64,000 nt of DNA, taken from the NCBI RefSeq assembly GCF_025993685.1, contig NZ_DAJPEN010000001.1, positions 301,708 to 365,707 on the forward strand. The letters are read 5' to 3'. The stretch is from Bacteroides mediterraneensis. Lineage in GTDB: Bacteria; Bacteroidota; Bacteroidia; Bacteroidales; Bacteroidaceae. Made by a program: the position numbers and the translations under genes. The notes under the pieces are model-generated. The model was not told where the DNA came from and did not search any database. It saw nothing but the letters and a program-made list of their open reading frames with translations. Numbering within the stretch: position 1 is the first letter of the stretch; every line of letters starts with the position of its first letter. Below are positions 63,080 to 64,000 of this stretch, piece by piece.

Positions 63080-64000
63080 TGGAAGAGATATTAGAAAGAT
63101 TATATGATATGACCGCTTTCAGCAACATTGCTGCTGACCCGCGGTTTCTCATCATGTATGCCATCGCTTTCGTCCTGCTCTATCTGGGTATCAAGAAACA
63201 GTATGAACCGCTGTTGCTGGTGCCCATCGCTTTCGGTGTGTTGCTGGCCAACTTCCCGGGAGGCGACATGGGAGTGGTGCAGGCCGACGAGAACGGAATG
63301 GTCATGGTGAACGGTGTGATGAAGAACATCTGGGAAATGCCGCTGCATGAGATTGCGCACGACCTGGGACTGATGAACTTCATTTATTATATGTTGATTA
63401 AGACGGGATTCCTGCCTCCGATTATTTTCATGGGTGTGGGTGCGCTGACCGACTTTGGTCCGATGTTGCGTAATCTTCGTCTTTCTATTTTCGGCGCGGC
63501 TGCCCAGCTGGGTATTTTTGCCGTACTGCTGGTTTCTATCCTGATGGGCTTCACTCCGAAGGAAGCTGCCTCTCTGGGTATCATCGGAGGTGCCGACGGT
63601 CCGACAGCCATCTTTACTACCATTAAGCTGGCTCCGCACTTGCTGGGTCCGATTGCCATTGCGGCTTATTCTTATATGGCCTTGGTACCGGTTATCGTAC
63701 CGCTGGTGGTACGTATCTGGTGTACGAAGAAGGAGCTGTCCATCAACATGAAGGAACAGGAGAAGAAATATCCTTCGAAGACGGAAATCAAGAACCTGCG
63801 GGTGCTGAAAATCATTTTCCCGATTGCATGTACCACGATTGTGGCCTTGTTCGTACCGAGTGCAGTGCCCTTGATTGGTATGCTGATGTTCGGTAACCTG
63901 GTGAAGGAAATCGGCAGCAACACTTCCCGTTTGTTTGATGCCGCTTCCAACAGCATCATGAATGCGGCTACCATCTTCCTGGGTATCTCCGTAGGAGCAA
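63079..64000 (+). CDS. oadB: Na+-translocating decarboxylase beta subunit, truncated by the window end
   Basis: Read by hand from ATG 63079, overlapping the oadA stop: 'EPLLLVPIAFG', 'IFMGVGALTDFGP', 'IIGGADGPTAIF', 'AAYSYMALVP'. Confidence 0.93.
   Translation, partial: MEEILERLYDMTAFSNIAADPRFLIMYAIAFVLLYLGIKKQYEPLLLVPIAFGVLLANFPGGDMGVVQADENGMVMVNGVMKNIWEMPLHEIAHDLGLMNFIYYMLIKTGFLPPIIFMGVGALTDFGPMLRNLRLSIFGAAAQLGIFAVLLVSILMGFTPKEAASLGIIGGADGPTAIFTTIKLAPHLLGPIAIAAYSYMALVPVIVPLVVRIWCTKKELSINMKEQEKKYPSKTEIKNLRVLKIIFPIACTTIVALFVPSAVPLIGMLMFGNLVKEIGSNTSRLFDAASNSIMNAATIFLGISVGA

Overview
Chromosomal window from a Bacteroidaceae bacterium (Bacteroides/Phocaeicola-like, inferred from the SusC/SusD pair, TAnnTTTG promoters and gene content). 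Most of it is core genome: mscS, Sua5/YrdC family gene, PIF1-like helicase, MATE, topB, hisS, rmuC, groES/groL, queA, metY/Lrp/metF, GH29 fucosidase, purine uptake genes, an ABC exporter, methylmalonyl-CoA mutase and oadG/A/B. A visibly AT-rich block of about 18.5 kb (about 5.9-24.5 kb) carries a polysaccharide utilization locus with no regulator of its own: SusC, SusD, two GH2, an unclassified clan GH-A-like enzyme and three Ser-type sulfatases. On its left is an internally deleted duplicate of the acyltransferase gene that lies just beyond its right end, and on its right are IS982-like remnants. Other points of interest: four ~90-bp intergenic elements from three unrelated sequence families that all consist of four palindromic units at 21-22 bp periodicity; an orphan fasciclin/SusD-like mosaic lipoprotein beside a TPR-kinase/LuxR two-component pair; a 47-bp IS3-end-like mini-element with a 3-bp target duplication inside a terminator; Lrp-like boxes at the met genes; and an uncalled 30-aa small ORF with its own promoter and terminator. 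All family assignments come from reading motifs by eye; no database searches were run.
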